Shown: positions 29,014-40,614, numbered from the stretch's first letter. The stretch: 64,000 nt of DNA from Spirulina sp. (GCA_044070495.1 JBIPSI010000009.1:1-64000); one strand, 5' to 3'. Made by a program: numbers and translations. The notes: a model not told the origin generated them from the sequence alone.

Positions 29014-29760
29014 TCATTCCGATGGGGCGCTAGCGGCGGAGGTCTGAGGCAGAGGGCTACGAGAGTAATAGGGTTGTAGCCAGTCTAGGCTGAGTTCATA
29101 GAGATGATCGATAGCCCAAGTGGCTCGACGGTGGATCATATGGTACGGAAAGGCATGGGCCACCCCAACCACGGGCACCCCGGCCCGCTTGGCCGCCTCA
29201 ATGCCAGCAAAGGAGTCTTCCACCGCTAGGCACTCATTGGCCCTCAAGCCAAGGTCTGGACAATGCTGATTCAGCCGTTGGATAGCCAGCAGGTAGGCGT
29301 CTGGAGCCGGTTTACTGGCGGACACCGAGAGATCATCCCCCGACACAATAGTCTGGACATGGTCAATCATTCCCGCGAGGGCCAGCACGGCCTCAATTTC
29401 CCCACGCCGCGCCCCCGACACCACCGCCAATTTCAGGTGAGCAGCCCGAATTTGATAGACCACATCCTCTAGGCCGGGATAGAGGGGCAATTTGTCTAAG
29501 GTAACCAGCGCCTCCTGATAGCGACTGGCCTTGCGATCTAAAAGTTTATTGAGTTGGGCCTCGGTAACGACGCGCCCCTGACGTTGCCACAAATCCGTAA
29601 TGCAGGCACGATCCGTTCTGCCTAGGCACACCTGCTGGTAGTCTTCCAGGCTAGGGCGGAGGTTTTCCTCTAGCAGCAAGTCCTGAATGAGGCTTTGATG
29701 CAGGGGCTCATCATTAATGATGACCCCGTTAAAGTCTAGCAACACCGCCCGTAGCACCAT
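29014..29760 (-). CDS. HAD-family phosphatase
   Basis: LLDFNGVIINDE, KPAPDAY, VEDSFAGIEAA. Confidence 0.9.
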   Translation of the reverse strand: MVLRAVLLDFNGVIINDEPLHQSLIQDLLLEENLRPSLEDYQQVCLGRTDRACITDLWQRQGRVVTEAQLNKLLDRKASRYQEALVTLDKLPLYPGLEDVVYQIRAAHLKLAVVSGARRGEIEAVLALAGMIDHVQTIVSGDDLSVSASKPAPDAYLLAIQRLNQHCPDLGLRANECLAVEDSFAGIEAAKRAGVPVVGVAHAFPYHMIHRRATWAIDHLYELSLDWLQPYYSRSPLPQTSAASAPSE

Positions 29761-30114
29761 AGCGTTAACCTACTTCCCCAACACAATGTAAAGAATTCGA
29801 CATCTTAGCGGATTTTCTCTAGCTTATCCTGGTTTTTGGGTATTCAAAGGGAAGACGATCCAGCGAAATCTTCATCCATTCCCCCGTTCTACGGGGCTTT
29901 ACGGACTTCCCCATTTAAACCGCAAATCGCTTGCTAAATAAAGATCTTAGCCCTCTACCCAGACCGAGAGGGAAACCGATGCCCGTAGGATTACGGAGGT
30001 CATATTTTGGGTTGCCCCAGAGTCCCGTGAATCAACGATGGTGGCAACCCCTATGTCTTCGGAGAATAGTACACAGTTCCCTAGGAACACGCTCTCCCAA
30101 GGACACCCGCAGAT

Positions 30115-30900
30115 ATGGCTACTCAAATCTCCTCAATTCGCTCTCGGGGCATGGAACTATTGGCGGAGTACCAAAAACATCCCTCGGTTCAGTTGCGTAA
30201 TCAGCTTGTCCGCCTCAATGCTGGCCTAGTTCGCAAAATTGCCCACCGGATCAGCCACCAATGTTCCGAACCCTACGAAGATCTTGAACAAATTGGTTAC
30301 CTAGGATTGATTCGCGCCATCGAACGATTTAATCCCACCCAGGGTTGCGCCTTTAGCTCCTTTGCTGTTCCCTACATCCGTGGCGAAATGCTTCATTTCC
30401 TGCGAGATCGGGGCACCGCCGTAAAAATTCCCCGCCGCTGGCAAGACCTACAAAAAGAAGCCCAGCGCTTGCAAGTGGAAATGACGCGAGAAATGGGACA
30501 TGCCCCCTCCGACAGCGATGTGGCGATGGCCCTCGGCGTTTCTGTGAAAGAATGGCGCGAAGTCAAAATGGCCCACAAAAATCGCATGCCCCTCAGCCTC
30601 GATGCCACGGTTTGTCAGCAGGTCGATTCTGCCATCACCCTAGGGGAAACCCTGCCCGACACCCACTATTTGCTGATGCAAGCCCTGGAAGAAGATCGGC
30701 AGCAAATTCAGCGGGCGATGAACCAGCTAGAGGGCAAAACCCGCGCCGCCATCGAGTTTGTTTTCTTCAAAGGGCTGTCTCGCAAGGAAGTCGCCGCTAA
30801 AATTGGCGTCAGCCCCATGACCGTTACCCGTCGAATCCAGCGGGGCGTTGATCAAATGGTGGCCTACCTTGAGCCCCAGACCCTGCAAACCGATCCCTAG
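30115..30900 (+). CDS. sigF: RNA polymerase sigma factor SigF (group 3)
   Basis: LRNQLVRLNAGLVRKIAH, YEDLEQIGYLGLIRAIERF, FAVPYIRGEMLHFLRD. Confidence 0.9.
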   Translation: MATQISSIRSRGMELLAEYQKHPSVQLRNQLVRLNAGLVRKIAHRISHQCSEPYEDLEQIGYLGLIRAIERFNPTQGCAFSSFAVPYIRGEMLHFLRDRGTAVKIPRRWQDLQKEAQRLQVEMTREMGHAPSDSDVAMALGVSVKEWREVKMAHKNRMPLSLDATVCQQVDSAITLGETLPDTHYLLMQALEEDRQQIQRAMNQLEGKTRAAIEFVFFKGLSRKEVAAKIGVSPMTVTRRIQRGVDQMVAYLEPQTLQTDP

Positions 30901-31019
30901 GGTTTGCTCAGCCCAGCCCTGCGAGGATATTTGGAAAGTGGTCAATGCCATTCTGTATGTCCTATAGGAAACTTTGCGAACAGAGCAGAGATCCGCGTTG
31001 ATCATCTGTACTCCCGAAT

Positions 31020-33551
31020 CTAAGCTTCCTCTATGGCGGACTCTGAACTAGTGAGGGGCACCACCTGCGTAACACGAACCAGGGTTTCCTCCTTGTTGGG
31101 TTTCACCAATCGGGGGCATTCTCCGGTACGGCCTAGGCGGGGCACGGTGACTGTGGGAAGGATGGCGATGCGGTCGGTGTTGGAGAAGAGGGTGAGGGTG
31201 CTGTGGGCGGGGGCAGGTAGGAGGGCCAGCAGTTTGTCGGTTTTGAGGCTAAACTGGAAAGCTTGGCTGCCGAGGTCACCGCGTTTGGTGCTGCGGAGGT
31301 CTTCGACGGGGAGGCGTTTACCAAAGCCCGCCGTTGAGATCACCAGCACCTCGTCATAGCCGGATTGCACGGTGACGCAGCCCACTAGGCGTTCGTATTT
31401 GCCAAGGCGCATTCCCTGAGGGCCTTGGGCGGTGCGGCCCATCAGGGGCAGGTTGTCGTCGTCGATGGGGAAGCGCAGCAGCCGACCACCGGAGCTGGCC
31501 AGCACCAGGTCATCCCCCAGTTGGGCCAGGGTGACGTAGGCCAGGGTGTCGTCGTCTTTGACTTTCATGGCGGTGAGGCCGCGCCCGGTGAGGTTGGTGA
31601 ATTCCTTCAGGGGGGCGCGTTTGATTTTGCCCTTTTGGGTGACGAGGATGAGGTCGTGCTCCATCAGATCTTCGCGCAGGACGAACTGGGCTACGATGGC
31701 ATCGGCCTCGGCGGGGACGGAATCGGGCAATAGGTTCACCAGGGGCACGCCCTTACCCTGGCGGGGCGGCGGCGGAATATCGCCCACGGAGACGGTGAAG
31801 GCGCGGCCATCGCGGGTGAGGGTGAGCACTTCCTGGGTGGTGAGGGCGGGTTCCACTTGGACGATGGGGTCGTCTTCGGTGGGGTGAAGTTTGGGGTTGG
31901 TGTCGGTGTCTAGCCTTGCCTGTCGCCGCTGGTAGGAGCGTTGGGAATAGCGGCGCACGTAGCCCTTTTGGGTGAATTCTACTACGGCCTCTTCTTCGTC
32001 CACCTCGGCGATGATTTCTTCGACTTGCTGGGTTTCTTCGGCCCGTTCGGCGTCGCTTTGGATGCGGGTGCGGCGGGGGTCGTTGAACTTTTTGCGGAGG
32101 GATCGGAGTTCTTTTTTCAGGGCCTTCAGCAGTTCCTTGCGGTCGGCTAGGAGGTTCTGCAATTCGTCCCGGCGCTGGGTGAGTTCTTCAAATTCGGTTT
32201 CGAGACCCTGGCGCTCCATCCCGGTAAGCTTGCGTAGGGGCATGGCCAAAATAGCGTCAGACTGCCGTTCGCTGAGGGTGAACCGTTCCTGAAAAATCTG
32301 CTTGGCGGTGGTGCCGTCGGGGGCGTTGCGGAGGATGTCGATGATGGCATCGAGGTTGTTCAGGGCAGTGAGCAGTCCCTCGGTGATGTGGCGCTTGGCT
32401 TCGGTTTTTTCGAGCTGGTGCTGGTAGTGGCGGGTGAGGGTGGTTTCCCGAAAGTCTAAAAAGGCCTGCATCACCTCGCGCAGGGGCATTTGGCGGGGTT
32501 GGCCGTTGTCTAGGGCCAGCATAATCACCCCAAAGTTGCTTTGCAGCGGGGTCATGCGATAGAGGTCTTGCAGCACCTTTTGGGCGGGGGAATCGCGCTT
32601 TAGTTCGATCACCACCCGCATCCCGTCGCGGTCGCTTTCGTCCCGGATATCGGCGATGCCCTCCAGTTTGCCTGCGTTCACCAACTGGGCGATTTTCTCA
32701 ATCCAGCCCGCCTTGTTCACCTGGTAGGGCAGTTCTGTTACCACAATGGCGTTGCGACGCTGGCGACCCTTGCCGGGGTGAACTTCCTCAAACTGGCAGA
32801 TGCCGCGCACGGGAATGCTACCCCGTCCGGTGCGGTAGGCATCGAGAATCCCCTCGGTGCCGATGATTTCGCCCCCCGTGGGAAAATCCGGGCCAGGAAT
32901 CAGGCGAAAGAGTTCGTCATCGGACATCTGGGGCCGCTCAATCATGGCAATTAGCCCGTCCACCACCTCCCCCATATTGTGGGGCGGAATGTTCGTCGCC
33001 ATGCCCACAGCAATGCCGGAACAGCCGTTCAGCAACAGGTTGGGCAACTGGGCAGGCAGCACCACGGGTTCCTGCTGGGAGCTATCGAAGTTGTCGATGA
33101 AGTCCACCAGGGCTTCGCTGATGTCTCCTAGCATGGCCCCATGGCTGACGGGGGAGAGGCGGGTTTCGGTGTAGCGCATCGCCGCCGGGGGGTCGTTATC
33201 CACCGATCCAAAATTGCCGTGGCCATCCAGCAGGGGGTAGCGGCTAGAGAAGGTCTGCACCATCCGCACCAGGGCATCGTAGACCGCCTGATCGCCGTGG
33301 GGGTGGTATTTGCCCAGCACATCCCCCACCACACGGGCACATTTGCGGTAGGGCCGATCCGGCGTTAGCCCCAGTTCGTGCATGGCGTAGAGAATGCGGC
33401 GATGCACGGGTTTGAGACCATCACGCACGTCGGGCAAGGCCCGCCCTACAATCACGCTCATGGCGTATTCCAGGTACGACCGTTGCACCTCGGTATGCAG
33501 CGAGGTGGGCACAATTTGTCCCGAAGCCAGTAGGTTCAGTTGGTCGGACAT
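31020..33551 (-). CDS. gyrA: Type IIA topoisomerase subunit A (GyrA/ParC paralog)
   Basis: [29 protein letters not shown] active site; beta-pinwheel CTD with no clear GyrA-box. Confidence 0.88.
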   Translation of the reverse strand: MSDQLNLLASGQIVPTSLHTEVQRSYLEYAMSVIVGRALPDVRDGLKPVHRRILYAMHELGLTPDRPYRKCARVVGDVLGKYHPHGDQAVYDALVRMVQTFSSRYPLLDGHGNFGSVDNDPPAAMRYTETRLSPVSHGAMLGDISEALVDFIDNFDSSQQEPVVLPAQLPNLLLNGCSGIAVGMATNIPPHNMGEVVDGLIAMIERPQMSDDELFRLIPGPDFPTGGEIIGTEGILDAYRTGRGSIPVRGICQFEEVHPGKGRQRRNAIVVTELPYQVNKAGWIEKIAQLVNAGKLEGIADIRDESDRDGMRVVIELKRDSPAQKVLQDLYRMTPLQSNFGVIMLALDNGQPRQMPLREVMQAFLDFRETTLTRHYQHQLEKTEAKRHITEGLLTALNNLDAIIDILRNAPDGTTAKQIFQERFTLSERQSDAILAMPLRKLTGMERQGLETEFEELTQRRDELQNLLADRKELLKALKKELRSLRKKFNDPRRTRIQSDAERAEETQQVEEIIAEVDEEEAVVEFTQKGYVRRYSQRSYQRRQARLDTDTNPKLHPTEDDPIVQVEPALTTQEVLTLTRDGRAFTVSVGDIPPPPRQGKGVPLVNLLPDSVPAEADAIVAQFVLREDLMEHDLILVTQKGKIKRAPLKEFTNLTGRGLTAMKVKDDDTLAYVTLAQLGDDLVLASSGGRLLRFPIDDDNLPLMGRTAQGPQGMRLGKYERLVGCVTVQSGYDEVLVISTAGFGKRLPVEDLRSTKRGDLGSQAFQFSLKTDKLLALLPAPAHSTLTLFSNTDRIAILPTVTVPRLGRTGECPRLVKPNKEETLVRVTQVVPLTSSESAIEEA

Positions 33552-33759
33552 GGGTGGGGTTTCCTGGGTGGGAAGACGGGAGGGTTAACAATGCTGTAAC
33601 TTAATGGCAAGGGTAGCGACATGGCAAGCTTTTCGGCATCTGTTTCGATGAACCTAGCTTGCCTGAGGCGCTGTTTTAACACCAAGGGCATCTGCACCCT
33701 GACAGGCTTTTTTAGGGTTTTGTGGCATAGTGATGCGGTGATACGGGGAGATAGGCACC

Positions 33760-34167
33760 ATGAAAACCGTCCTAATTGTGGAAGATGACTTGGTTAATGC
33801 ACGGGTGTTCTCCAAAATTTTGACCAAACGGGGTGGTCTCGCCGTCAAACACACCGAAGATGTGGAGGAGGTCGTGGCGCTAGCCCGTGGCCGCGAGGTA
33901 GACGTTATTTTGATGGATGTGTCCTTGGCCCACAGCATGTACCAGGGCAAACCCATGGACGGCATCAAAATTACCCAACTGCTGAAGGCCGACCCCCAAA
34001 CCGCTGACCTGCCGATTATTTTGGTGACCGCCCACGCCATGGACGGCGACCGGGAAAACTTTCTCAGCCAAAGTGGGGCCGACGACTACATCTCCAAACC
34101 CGTGATTGACCATCAGCATTTTGTGGATCAAATTAAAGCCACCATGGGAGAACCCGCTGGCGAGTAA
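33760..34167 (+). CDS. Single-domain response regulator (DivK-like)
   Basis: VLIVEDD, ILMDVSL, VTAHAM.GD, ADDYISKP. Confidence 0.9.
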   Translation: MKTVLIVEDDLVNARVFSKILTKRGGLAVKHTEDVEEVVALARGREVDVILMDVSLAHSMYQGKPMDGIKITQLLKADPQTADLPIILVTAHAMDGDRENFLSQSGADDYISKPVIDHQHFVDQIKATMGEPAGE

Positions 34168-34206
34168 ATACATTTGTATTATATAGCCACCCTTTTGGCA
34201 AGGGGT

Positions 34207-34675
34207 CTATTGACCGTACCAACCCTTGCGCCACGGCTGCATTTGGCCGATTTCCTGGGTCTGGGCGGTGATGATGGCCTCGGCGAGCTAGTAAATTTCG
34301 GACCGCTGAGACTGTCCCAGGGCGGAATCCGCCCTGGTCACAGCCCCCTGGTGGTGAATCACCAGGGCATCGATGAAGCGCAGGTCGTAGGTGGCATCCG
34401 CTGGGCCAAGATCCATGGTGTGGTCGCCGTGGGCCATGCCACCGGCGGCGGCAGATGGTGCGGTGCCATCGGCGGGGGGGTGGCGCAGACTTCCCCATTG
34501 GCCGCTGTGTCATCGGTGGCGGTGCCTGCGGTGTCGGTATCGCAGGGGATAGCGGTTGGGGATTCCCCTGCTGTGGAACCCAGGTTAGGGCTGCTTTGCC
34601 ACAGGCGTAGACCATCAGGCTGAGGGGTAACAGAGTGCCCAGCCATTTCCACCGATGTTGTGACCAAGTTGTCAC
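34207..34675 (-). pseudogene. Disrupted DUF305-domain lipoprotein
   Basis: Lipoprotein signal (..MVYAC), linker and MDLGPADATYDLRFIDALVIHHQGAV..EIY*LAEAIITAQTQEIGQMQPWRKGWY lie in three different frames; in-frame TAG at 34288-34290. Confidence 0.8.
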
Positions 34676-34740
34676 TGGCTTCGTTCCTCCTAGGTAGGGG
34701 CAATGCCTTCCCTGTAGGATAGCGGCCTCAGGAGGATGGG

Positions 34741-35502
34741 CTAGGGATGGTGGGTTTCATGGTTTTCCTGGGCTTCTGGGGGGCTGGCGCTGGCATCGTT
34801 CCGCCGAAAGGACGCATGGATTTGGTTCAACAGGGTATCCACATCGTGGCTACGGGTTTCGTAGCGGCTGATCAAAACGGCGGTGGCGTCGCCGTAGCCG
34901 ATGACCGTCATAAAGGCGTAGGGCAATCCCGGATCGGGGAGATCCGCCAGCCAGAGCCGTAGGGCGGTGGTGCTGTCTAGGGCAATGGCGTCGTACAGGG
35001 TGACGGTATAGCCCTTTTCCCGAATGTCTGCGAGTATCGTCGGCACCATGGCCCCCGGAGCCTGGGTATACCAGGACACCTCTGTGGTAATGGTGGATCC
35101 TCCCGTCGGGGAGGTTGCGGTCAAATGGGGATTGGTTTCACCGTGGGTAATCACCCAGGTTTCGGGGAACCCCAGGGCAAACTGGGAGCCATGGGTGGCG
35201 GGGGTGAGCGGTACTGGGGCGGCAGCGGACGGCTCTGCCATGGGGGTCGCAGCGTCATTGCCCTGATCATCATCGCCCTGATCCACACCACCAGCAGCAA
35301 CGTCACTCGGTTCGGCCTTGGCGGGAACTGGCTGGTCAGCCTTGCCCATCGGAGTCGTTTGGGCCATGGCTGGGGTGGTTCCCTGGGCCGCAGCGGACAA
35401 TAAAAGCGCCTGGACTCCGAGGGGGAATACTATCCCCAAAATCAGCCCTAGGAGGTGACGCCCCTGGACATAGCGCAGACGTGGGTTAGCGTGGCCGATC
35501 AT
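34741..35502 (-). CDS. Hypothetical exported protein (PsbP/Mog1-like C-terminal fold suspected)
   Basis: Signal-like segment, low-complexity linker, FALGFPETW..IHASFR. Confidence 0.55.
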   Translation of the reverse strand: MIGHANPRLRYVQGRHLLGLILGIVFPLGVQALLLSAAAQGTTPAMAQTTPMGKADQPVPAKAEPSDVAAGGVDQGDDDQGNDAATPMAEPSAAAPVPLTPATHGSQFALGFPETWVITHGETNPHLTATSPTGGSTITTEVSWYTQAPGAMVPTILADIREKGYTVTLYDAIALDSTTALRLWLADLPDPGLPYAFMTVIGYGDATAVLISRYETRSHDVDTLLNQIHASFRRNDASASPPEAQENHETHHP

Positions 35503-35613
35503 GGCAGTATCCTTACCTTGGGAATCAGGGCGGAGCGGGTTCAATGGGGCATGGAATGTCAACGAGGGTTGACTAGCGCCCCATCGCCGTCTGTGAGAGT
35601 TGTCTGTGAGGGA

Positions 35614-37458
35614 CTATCTCGGCAGTTGGTTGAGGTCGGGACGCAATTTTAGCCGCACCAGAATGAGCGTAATATTATCGTGGCCATTTTTCTCATTGGC
35701 CAACTGAATCAGATCCGCTGCCCCCTGCTCAAGGTTAGCCCTGGAGCTAAGCAGGGGGGCAATGTGGCTGGCTTCGTGACGCTCTAGCAAATTGTTGTCG
35801 CTCAGCCCGTCAGAACAGAGGATAAACAGGGTATCTTCGGCCACCTCTTGGTAGCGAATCCCCGGCCTGAGAGCCTCTTGGTCGCGGGGGCCAAGGGCTT
35901 GGGTGAGCTGGTAGGCATCGGGGCGGGCGTAGGCAATGGCGGGTTCTACGCCGCGATTGATTTCCCGCTGGCCCACCTCGTGGTCATCGGTGAGTTGTTG
36001 TAGGCCGGAGCGCTTGCAGTAGCTATAGATGCGGCTATCGCCCACATGCACCAGGGCCACCCGCAAATCCTGCACGAGGGCCATCACCAAGGTGGTGCCC
36101 ATCCGCCCCAGCCCCGATGAAGCCTTCACCTGATTGGCGTTAAAAATCGCTTGGTTGGCCTTGGCTACCCCAGCACCGATGGTGGCTTCATTGGGCCAAT
36201 CCTCTGTCATGACCGGAACAAAGTAATCTTTCAGCGTTTGCACCGCCAGTTGACTAGCCACCTCCCCAGAGGCATGGCCACCCATCCCATCACAGAGGAT
36301 GTATAGGCCGGAAGCCTCCAGTTGGGAACCTTGGGGGCCATCTTGGCGCAGGATGTGAGTTTGGCAGAAGAACCAGTCCTCATTGTGGTTGCGCTGCTGT
36401 CCCACATGGCTCTGCCCGGCATCCTCCAGGGAGATCAGCTTCATCGGCAGCACCATGGTGGGCAGATCAAGGCCACCCCCCTCCTCGGAGGCATCCTCGT
36501 CCTCGTCGTCCCGATTGGCCATGGCCAGGCGCAGCAGTTCATCGTCGCTGGGGGGGACGTCCATCGCGCCGTCATCGGGAGATAGATCGGGAGATAGATC
36601 GGGCGTGAAATCAAGGGCAACCCCGGTCGGGCCAGATCGATATTGCCCCGCCAACTCGGCCAAGGCTTCCTGGAGCCGATCAAGGGGCGTGAGATGGCCT
36701 TCCGCCAGGGCTTGAATGAGCTGCTGGAGGGCCAGGGCCGGAGATAGGGCCTCGGCTAACAACATGCGCTGCCAGGTTTGCCCTAGGGCGGGTAGGTTGG
36801 GCGTGGTGGCGGATTGATCAATATAGCTGAGGCAAAGCAGGTGATTCGGGCTGAGCACCAGTCGGTCTGGGTTGAGCAGGGTGATCTGCCCCTGCCAAGG
36901 TGCTAGGGCCTGCCACAGCAGCGTAATTTCAAAGAGCCACTGGGTTTGCTGCAACGGATCCATGGTTTTGGCGGGCCACAGGTCTTCCAGCCGAGGCCAA
37001 TCGCTGCGATCCTCCACCAAAAGAATGGTCTGATCCTCGGACACAATTATGTCATGCAGTTCGGGTACTGCTGGAAAGTAATCGGCCTGGAGGGCAAGGT
37101 AGGGGAAGGCCTGGGGGGGCACCTGGGCGGTGGGCACTGTGGTCGGGTCTAGCCCCGGATTCTCCAGCCAGAGATCCTGGAGATCCTGGAGGGGTGATCC
37201 TTGGTCGGGTTGGCAATCGAGTACCCTTTGGGTGATCACCCTATCCCCAGCCACCGTCCACTGGCGCTGGGGCTGACCCAGGCGTTGATAGCGCTGGCCG
37301 TCATCCAGATAGGGGGAGTACCCCCAATCCTCCTCCGGGTCTTCCGTCATCCGGTGGGGATAGAGCAAGCTGTACCAGCGTTGTAGCGGCTGGCCGCACT
37401 GATCGCACGCCCCCCGATCTTCAGGGTTTTGATACTGGCAAAAAGGGCAAGTTAGCAT
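35614..37458 (-). CDS. PP2C/PPM Ser/Thr phosphatase with N-terminal zinc ribbon
   Basis: CPFC..CDQC; GQQRNHNED, LCDGMGGH, HVGDSR, LCSDGL, GHDNIT. Confidence 0.92.
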   Translation of the reverse strand: MLTCPFCQYQNPEDRGACDQCGQPLQRWYSLLYPHRMTEDPEEDWGYSPYLDDGQRYQRLGQPQRQWTVAGDRVITQRVLDCQPDQGSPLQDLQDLWLENPGLDPTTVPTAQVPPQAFPYLALQADYFPAVPELHDIIVSEDQTILLVEDRSDWPRLEDLWPAKTMDPLQQTQWLFEITLLWQALAPWQGQITLLNPDRLVLSPNHLLCLSYIDQSATTPNLPALGQTWQRMLLAEALSPALALQQLIQALAEGHLTPLDRLQEALAELAGQYRSGPTGVALDFTPDLSPDLSPDDGAMDVPPSDDELLRLAMANRDDEDEDASEEGGGLDLPTMVLPMKLISLEDAGQSHVGQQRNHNEDWFFCQTHILRQDGPQGSQLEASGLYILCDGMGGHASGEVASQLAVQTLKDYFVPVMTEDWPNEATIGAGVAKANQAIFNANQVKASSGLGRMGTTLVMALVQDLRVALVHVGDSRIYSYCKRSGLQQLTDDHEVGQREINRGVEPAIAYARPDAYQLTQALGPRDQEALRPGIRYQEVAEDTLFILCSDGLSDNNLLERHEASHIAPLLSSRANLEQGAADLIQLANEKNGHDNITLILVRLKLRPDLNQLPR

Positions 37459-37823
37459 CGCTGAACGCCAATCCAAGCTAGGCTAGTGTGCCCATTGTGG
37501 ATCAAATGGGCCAAGTCGGCTCACAGTTGGGTCACCGAACCGTGAATCTTTAAGGTATCGGCTGCGATAGAGTTTCACCAAAGCGCTCGCTGCACCTTAC
37601 CCCATTCCCTAGGGTTGCGGGTCAGGTAGCCAGTGGTTGCCGGTCACCCCTGATCGCCTCCGATGAGTTCTGAGGGTTCTGAGGGTAAGATGCGATGCCC
37701 TTCAGTATGCCATGGGACTCTGCGCTAGGGGGGATTTCATCGGTATGGGCAAGGTAAAACATCCTACCTTAAAGACTCTATCGCTAGGGACGCTATTTTG
37801 CCCTGTTCATCCGGCCTAACCGC

Positions 37824-38417
37824 CTAGACCATCGCCCTCAGTCGCCGTTGCTCATCGGGGGTGATGGGTCGCCATTGGCCGGGTTCCAGATCGGCCAGGG
37901 TCAGATCCCCAATGGCCCAGCGCACCAGGCGCAGGGTGGGATGGCCCACGGCGGCGGTCATGCGGCGCACCTGACGATTTTTGCCCTCCCGCAGGGTGAT
38001 GGCAATCCAGGTGGTCGGAATGGACTGCCGATAGCGAATGGGCGGTTCTCGCGGCGGCAGACTAGGCTCTGTGGGCAAGGGCCTAGCTTGGCAAGGACGG
38101 GTACGGTAGCCCCGAATGGTAACTCCCCGCTGCAATTGGGTGAGGGCGGCGGCGGTAGGTTCCCCTTCCACCTGCACCCAGTAGGTACGGGGGTGGCCGT
38201 AACGGGGATCGCTGAGCCGATGCTGGAGACGGCCATCATCGGTGAGCAGCATCAACCCTTCACTATCGCGATCCAAGCGTCCTACGGGGTAGACCTCAGG
38301 GATGGGAATAAAGTCCTTCAGGGTGAGGGCCGAAGTCGCGTCCTCGGAGGCGCTAAATTGGCTCAGAACGTTGTAGGGCTTATAGAACAAGAGATATTGA
38401 TAGGCCATTGTCTCCAT
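37824..38417 (-). CDS. rluE: RsuA/RluE-family pseudouridine synthase
   Basis: [31 protein letters not shown]. Confidence 0.85.
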   Translation of the reverse strand: METMAYQYLLFYKPYNVLSQFSASEDATSALTLKDFIPIPEVYPVGRLDRDSEGLMLLTDDGRLQHRLSDPRYGHPRTYWVQVEGEPTAAALTQLQRGVTIRGYRTRPCQARPLPTEPSLPPREPPIRYRQSIPTTWIAITLREGKNRQVRRMTAAVGHPTLRLVRWAIGDLTLADLEPGQWRPITPDEQRRLRAMV

Positions 38418-38742
38418 GCCCAGGAGGCTACCCTGGGTCGGGTTTCATGCTGTTTCAAGAACGTTTAAATACTAAATCCAGTGTGTTTGCCCCCGACATT
38501 GGCGGACAAGGAGACCTCTCCCCTACGGTTTGTCGGGCTGGGAATCGGGGGTTTCCAATTCGGATTGGACATCAATTTCATAACGTCTTCGATGACGTCG
38601 AGTACCCAAGGGGGGCGAAGGGTTAAATGACAGCCCTTGATTGCAACTTTTTATTGCAACTGTTGTGGAAATATTGAGAATCCCCAGGCTCCTAGGCTGT
38701 CCCGATATGCTGAAATCTATCGTATCAACCCAGGATATCCCT

Positions 38743-39051
38743 ATGGACACCGAAACCCGATACCGCTTTTCTTGCACCCTCACCTTTGGCGACATCTACG
38801 GCCAAGTGATTGCTTGGCTAGTGATTTTGTTCATTAGTTTAGCGGCCTCCCTGGCCCTGATGGGGGCACGGCAACCCGTTGTTGCCCTGGCGGCGGTGGG
38901 GTTAATTTTGGTGTTGTCTCTACCGTTTTTGCTGTTTGCCTTCGTCACCACCCTGCTCAACCACATCGAATTTGAACCCGTCGCTGCCACCAAGCCCGTT
39001 GCGAGTTCCGCCGACGTTCGTGACCGCACCCCGGCCCAGGCCGTCAGCTAA
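38743..39051 (+). CDS. Conserved cyanobacterial small membrane protein
   Basis: YRFSCTLTFGDIYGQVI followed by two TM helices; start uncertain. Confidence 0.7.
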   Translation: MDTETRYRFSCTLTFGDIYGQVIAWLVILFISLAASLALMGARQPVVALAAVGLILVLSLPFLLFAFVTTLLNHIEFEPVAATKPVASSADVRDRTPAQAVS

Positions 39052-39193
39052 ATTCTGAACAAGCGTTATCGCCCGTAACGGGCTAGCTCATCCATGGCTA
39101 GCCCGTTACTTATGTTGGCGATGGCTGCGACAACTCCGTCGGTCGGCGGAGTCTTGAGTCGGCTGGGTTAGGTGTAGCGCCGTAACGCATTCC

Positions 39194-40114
39194 TTATTCG
39201 TTCGGGGTTGTCCCTCCCTCCGTTGCGCCTTCATCCGCTGGTGCGGTTTCAAGGGGCAGGGGGGCTTCGGAACCTTCAGGATTGAGGGGCAGGGGAGCTT
39301 CCCCCTGGGCCGCCATCTGCTGAATTTGGTCTTTAAACTGGGCCGGAGCAATGGCCGTGGCCTGATCAAAGAGATCCTTCGCCGCCGCCGCATCGCCCTG
39401 TTCCTGCAATACCAATGCCTTAGCCAGCAGCGGACGGAAGTCTTCGGGGGCGGCGGTGATGGCTGCGTCGTATTGGGCGATGGCCTGGTCTGCTTGGTTG
39501 TCTTCGAGGTAGACCTGGGCCAGCAGCAGCTTAATGGAAATGGTATCTAGACCAGGGGTCGGGCCTTCGGCCTGGAGGCGCTCGGCGGTGGTCGCCGCAT
39601 CCTGTAACAGGCCAACGGCGGCCTGGGGACGACCCTGCTGCACTAAAAGTGCCGTCAAACCTTGCAGGGCATTCATGTCGGTGGGCTGTTGATCTAACAC
39701 CGTGCGATAGATTTGGGCGGCCCCTTCCAAATCACCGGTTTGTTGCTTGGTTTGGGCCAGTAGCACTTGATATTCCGTCACCGTGGGGTTAAGCTCCACC
39801 AGTTTTTCTAGGGGGGCTACCACCGCCGCCACGTTGCCCAACTGCACTTGGGTATCAATCAGCCCCCGCAGGGCCGTTTGGTTGTCCGGTTCGCGTTCTA
39901 GCACCAATTCATAGCCCCTAGCCTGGGCCTCTAGCTCGGCCTGCATGGCGCTGGGGTCGGGGGCGGGGGTATCATCGGTGCCCGTGGCCTGCCGGTTGGA
40001 GTTGCCGCTCAAAAAGGGCAAAAACGACAGGGACAGAAACGCTGCCAAGGCTAGCGTTAGTACCGTTCCCACCAACCAACGATTGCGTTTTACAGTCACA
40101 GGTCTATCCCCCAC
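39194..40114 (-). CDS. Membrane-anchored TPR protein
   Basis: TM helix; GYELVLEREPDNQTALRGL and TPR-like helices; start uncertain. Confidence 0.8.
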   Translation of the reverse strand: MGDRPVTVKRNRWLVGTVLTLALAAFLSLSFLPFLSGNSNRQATGTDDTPAPDPSAMQAELEAQARGYELVLEREPDNQTALRGLIDTQVQLGNVAAVVAPLEKLVELNPTVTEYQVLLAQTKQQTGDLEGAAQIYRTVLDQQPTDMNALQGLTALLVQQGRPQAAVGLLQDAATTAERLQAEGPTPGLDTISIKLLLAQVYLEDNQADQAIAQYDAAITAAPEDFRPLLAKALVLQEQGDAAAAKDLFDQATAIAPAQFKDQIQQMAAQGEAPLPLNPEGSEAPLPLETAPADEGATEGGTTPNE

Positions 40115-40614
40115 GATCCGGGCTTACAGCGTCTACCATCTGTCGTCTACCATCTGTTGCCTACCATCAGATCGGCCATGGAAATTCAGGTCTACCCATG
40201 TCCCTGGTTTAGTCCTGGACAAAGCCTAGGTGGGCGGCTTCCGTAGCGCACCGGGTACCTAGCCGCCAGGGCTACCTGGGTCAAGGGCACCGGCCTCATC
40301 GATAGACAGGCAAATGAGCCCGTTAATTCTAGCGCCTTCGGCTCCTCTTTTTACCTAGATTGAGGGCTAAACGTGATACCAGCGCCCTAACACCCATCCG
40401 CCCCCCTAGACAGAGTGATGCCCTTGGGCCATCGCACAACTCCATCGTAAGGACTTCACAAACGATACGGATTGTGGAGACATTGGCATGGAAAGATTAA
40501 AGACAGCCTAGGCCGTAGACCGTAATGTTACGCTAGGCTTACGCAGCTAGGTCAGGCTTGGCCTTGGAGCCGGTTGACCTAGCCGGTTGACGTTGAGAGG
40601 AGGTCGGTGGCGTT

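Noticed and set aside
34133..34703. 180-, 149- and 114-aa overlapping ORFs
   Set aside because: Explained as pieces or shadows of the DUF305 pseudogene
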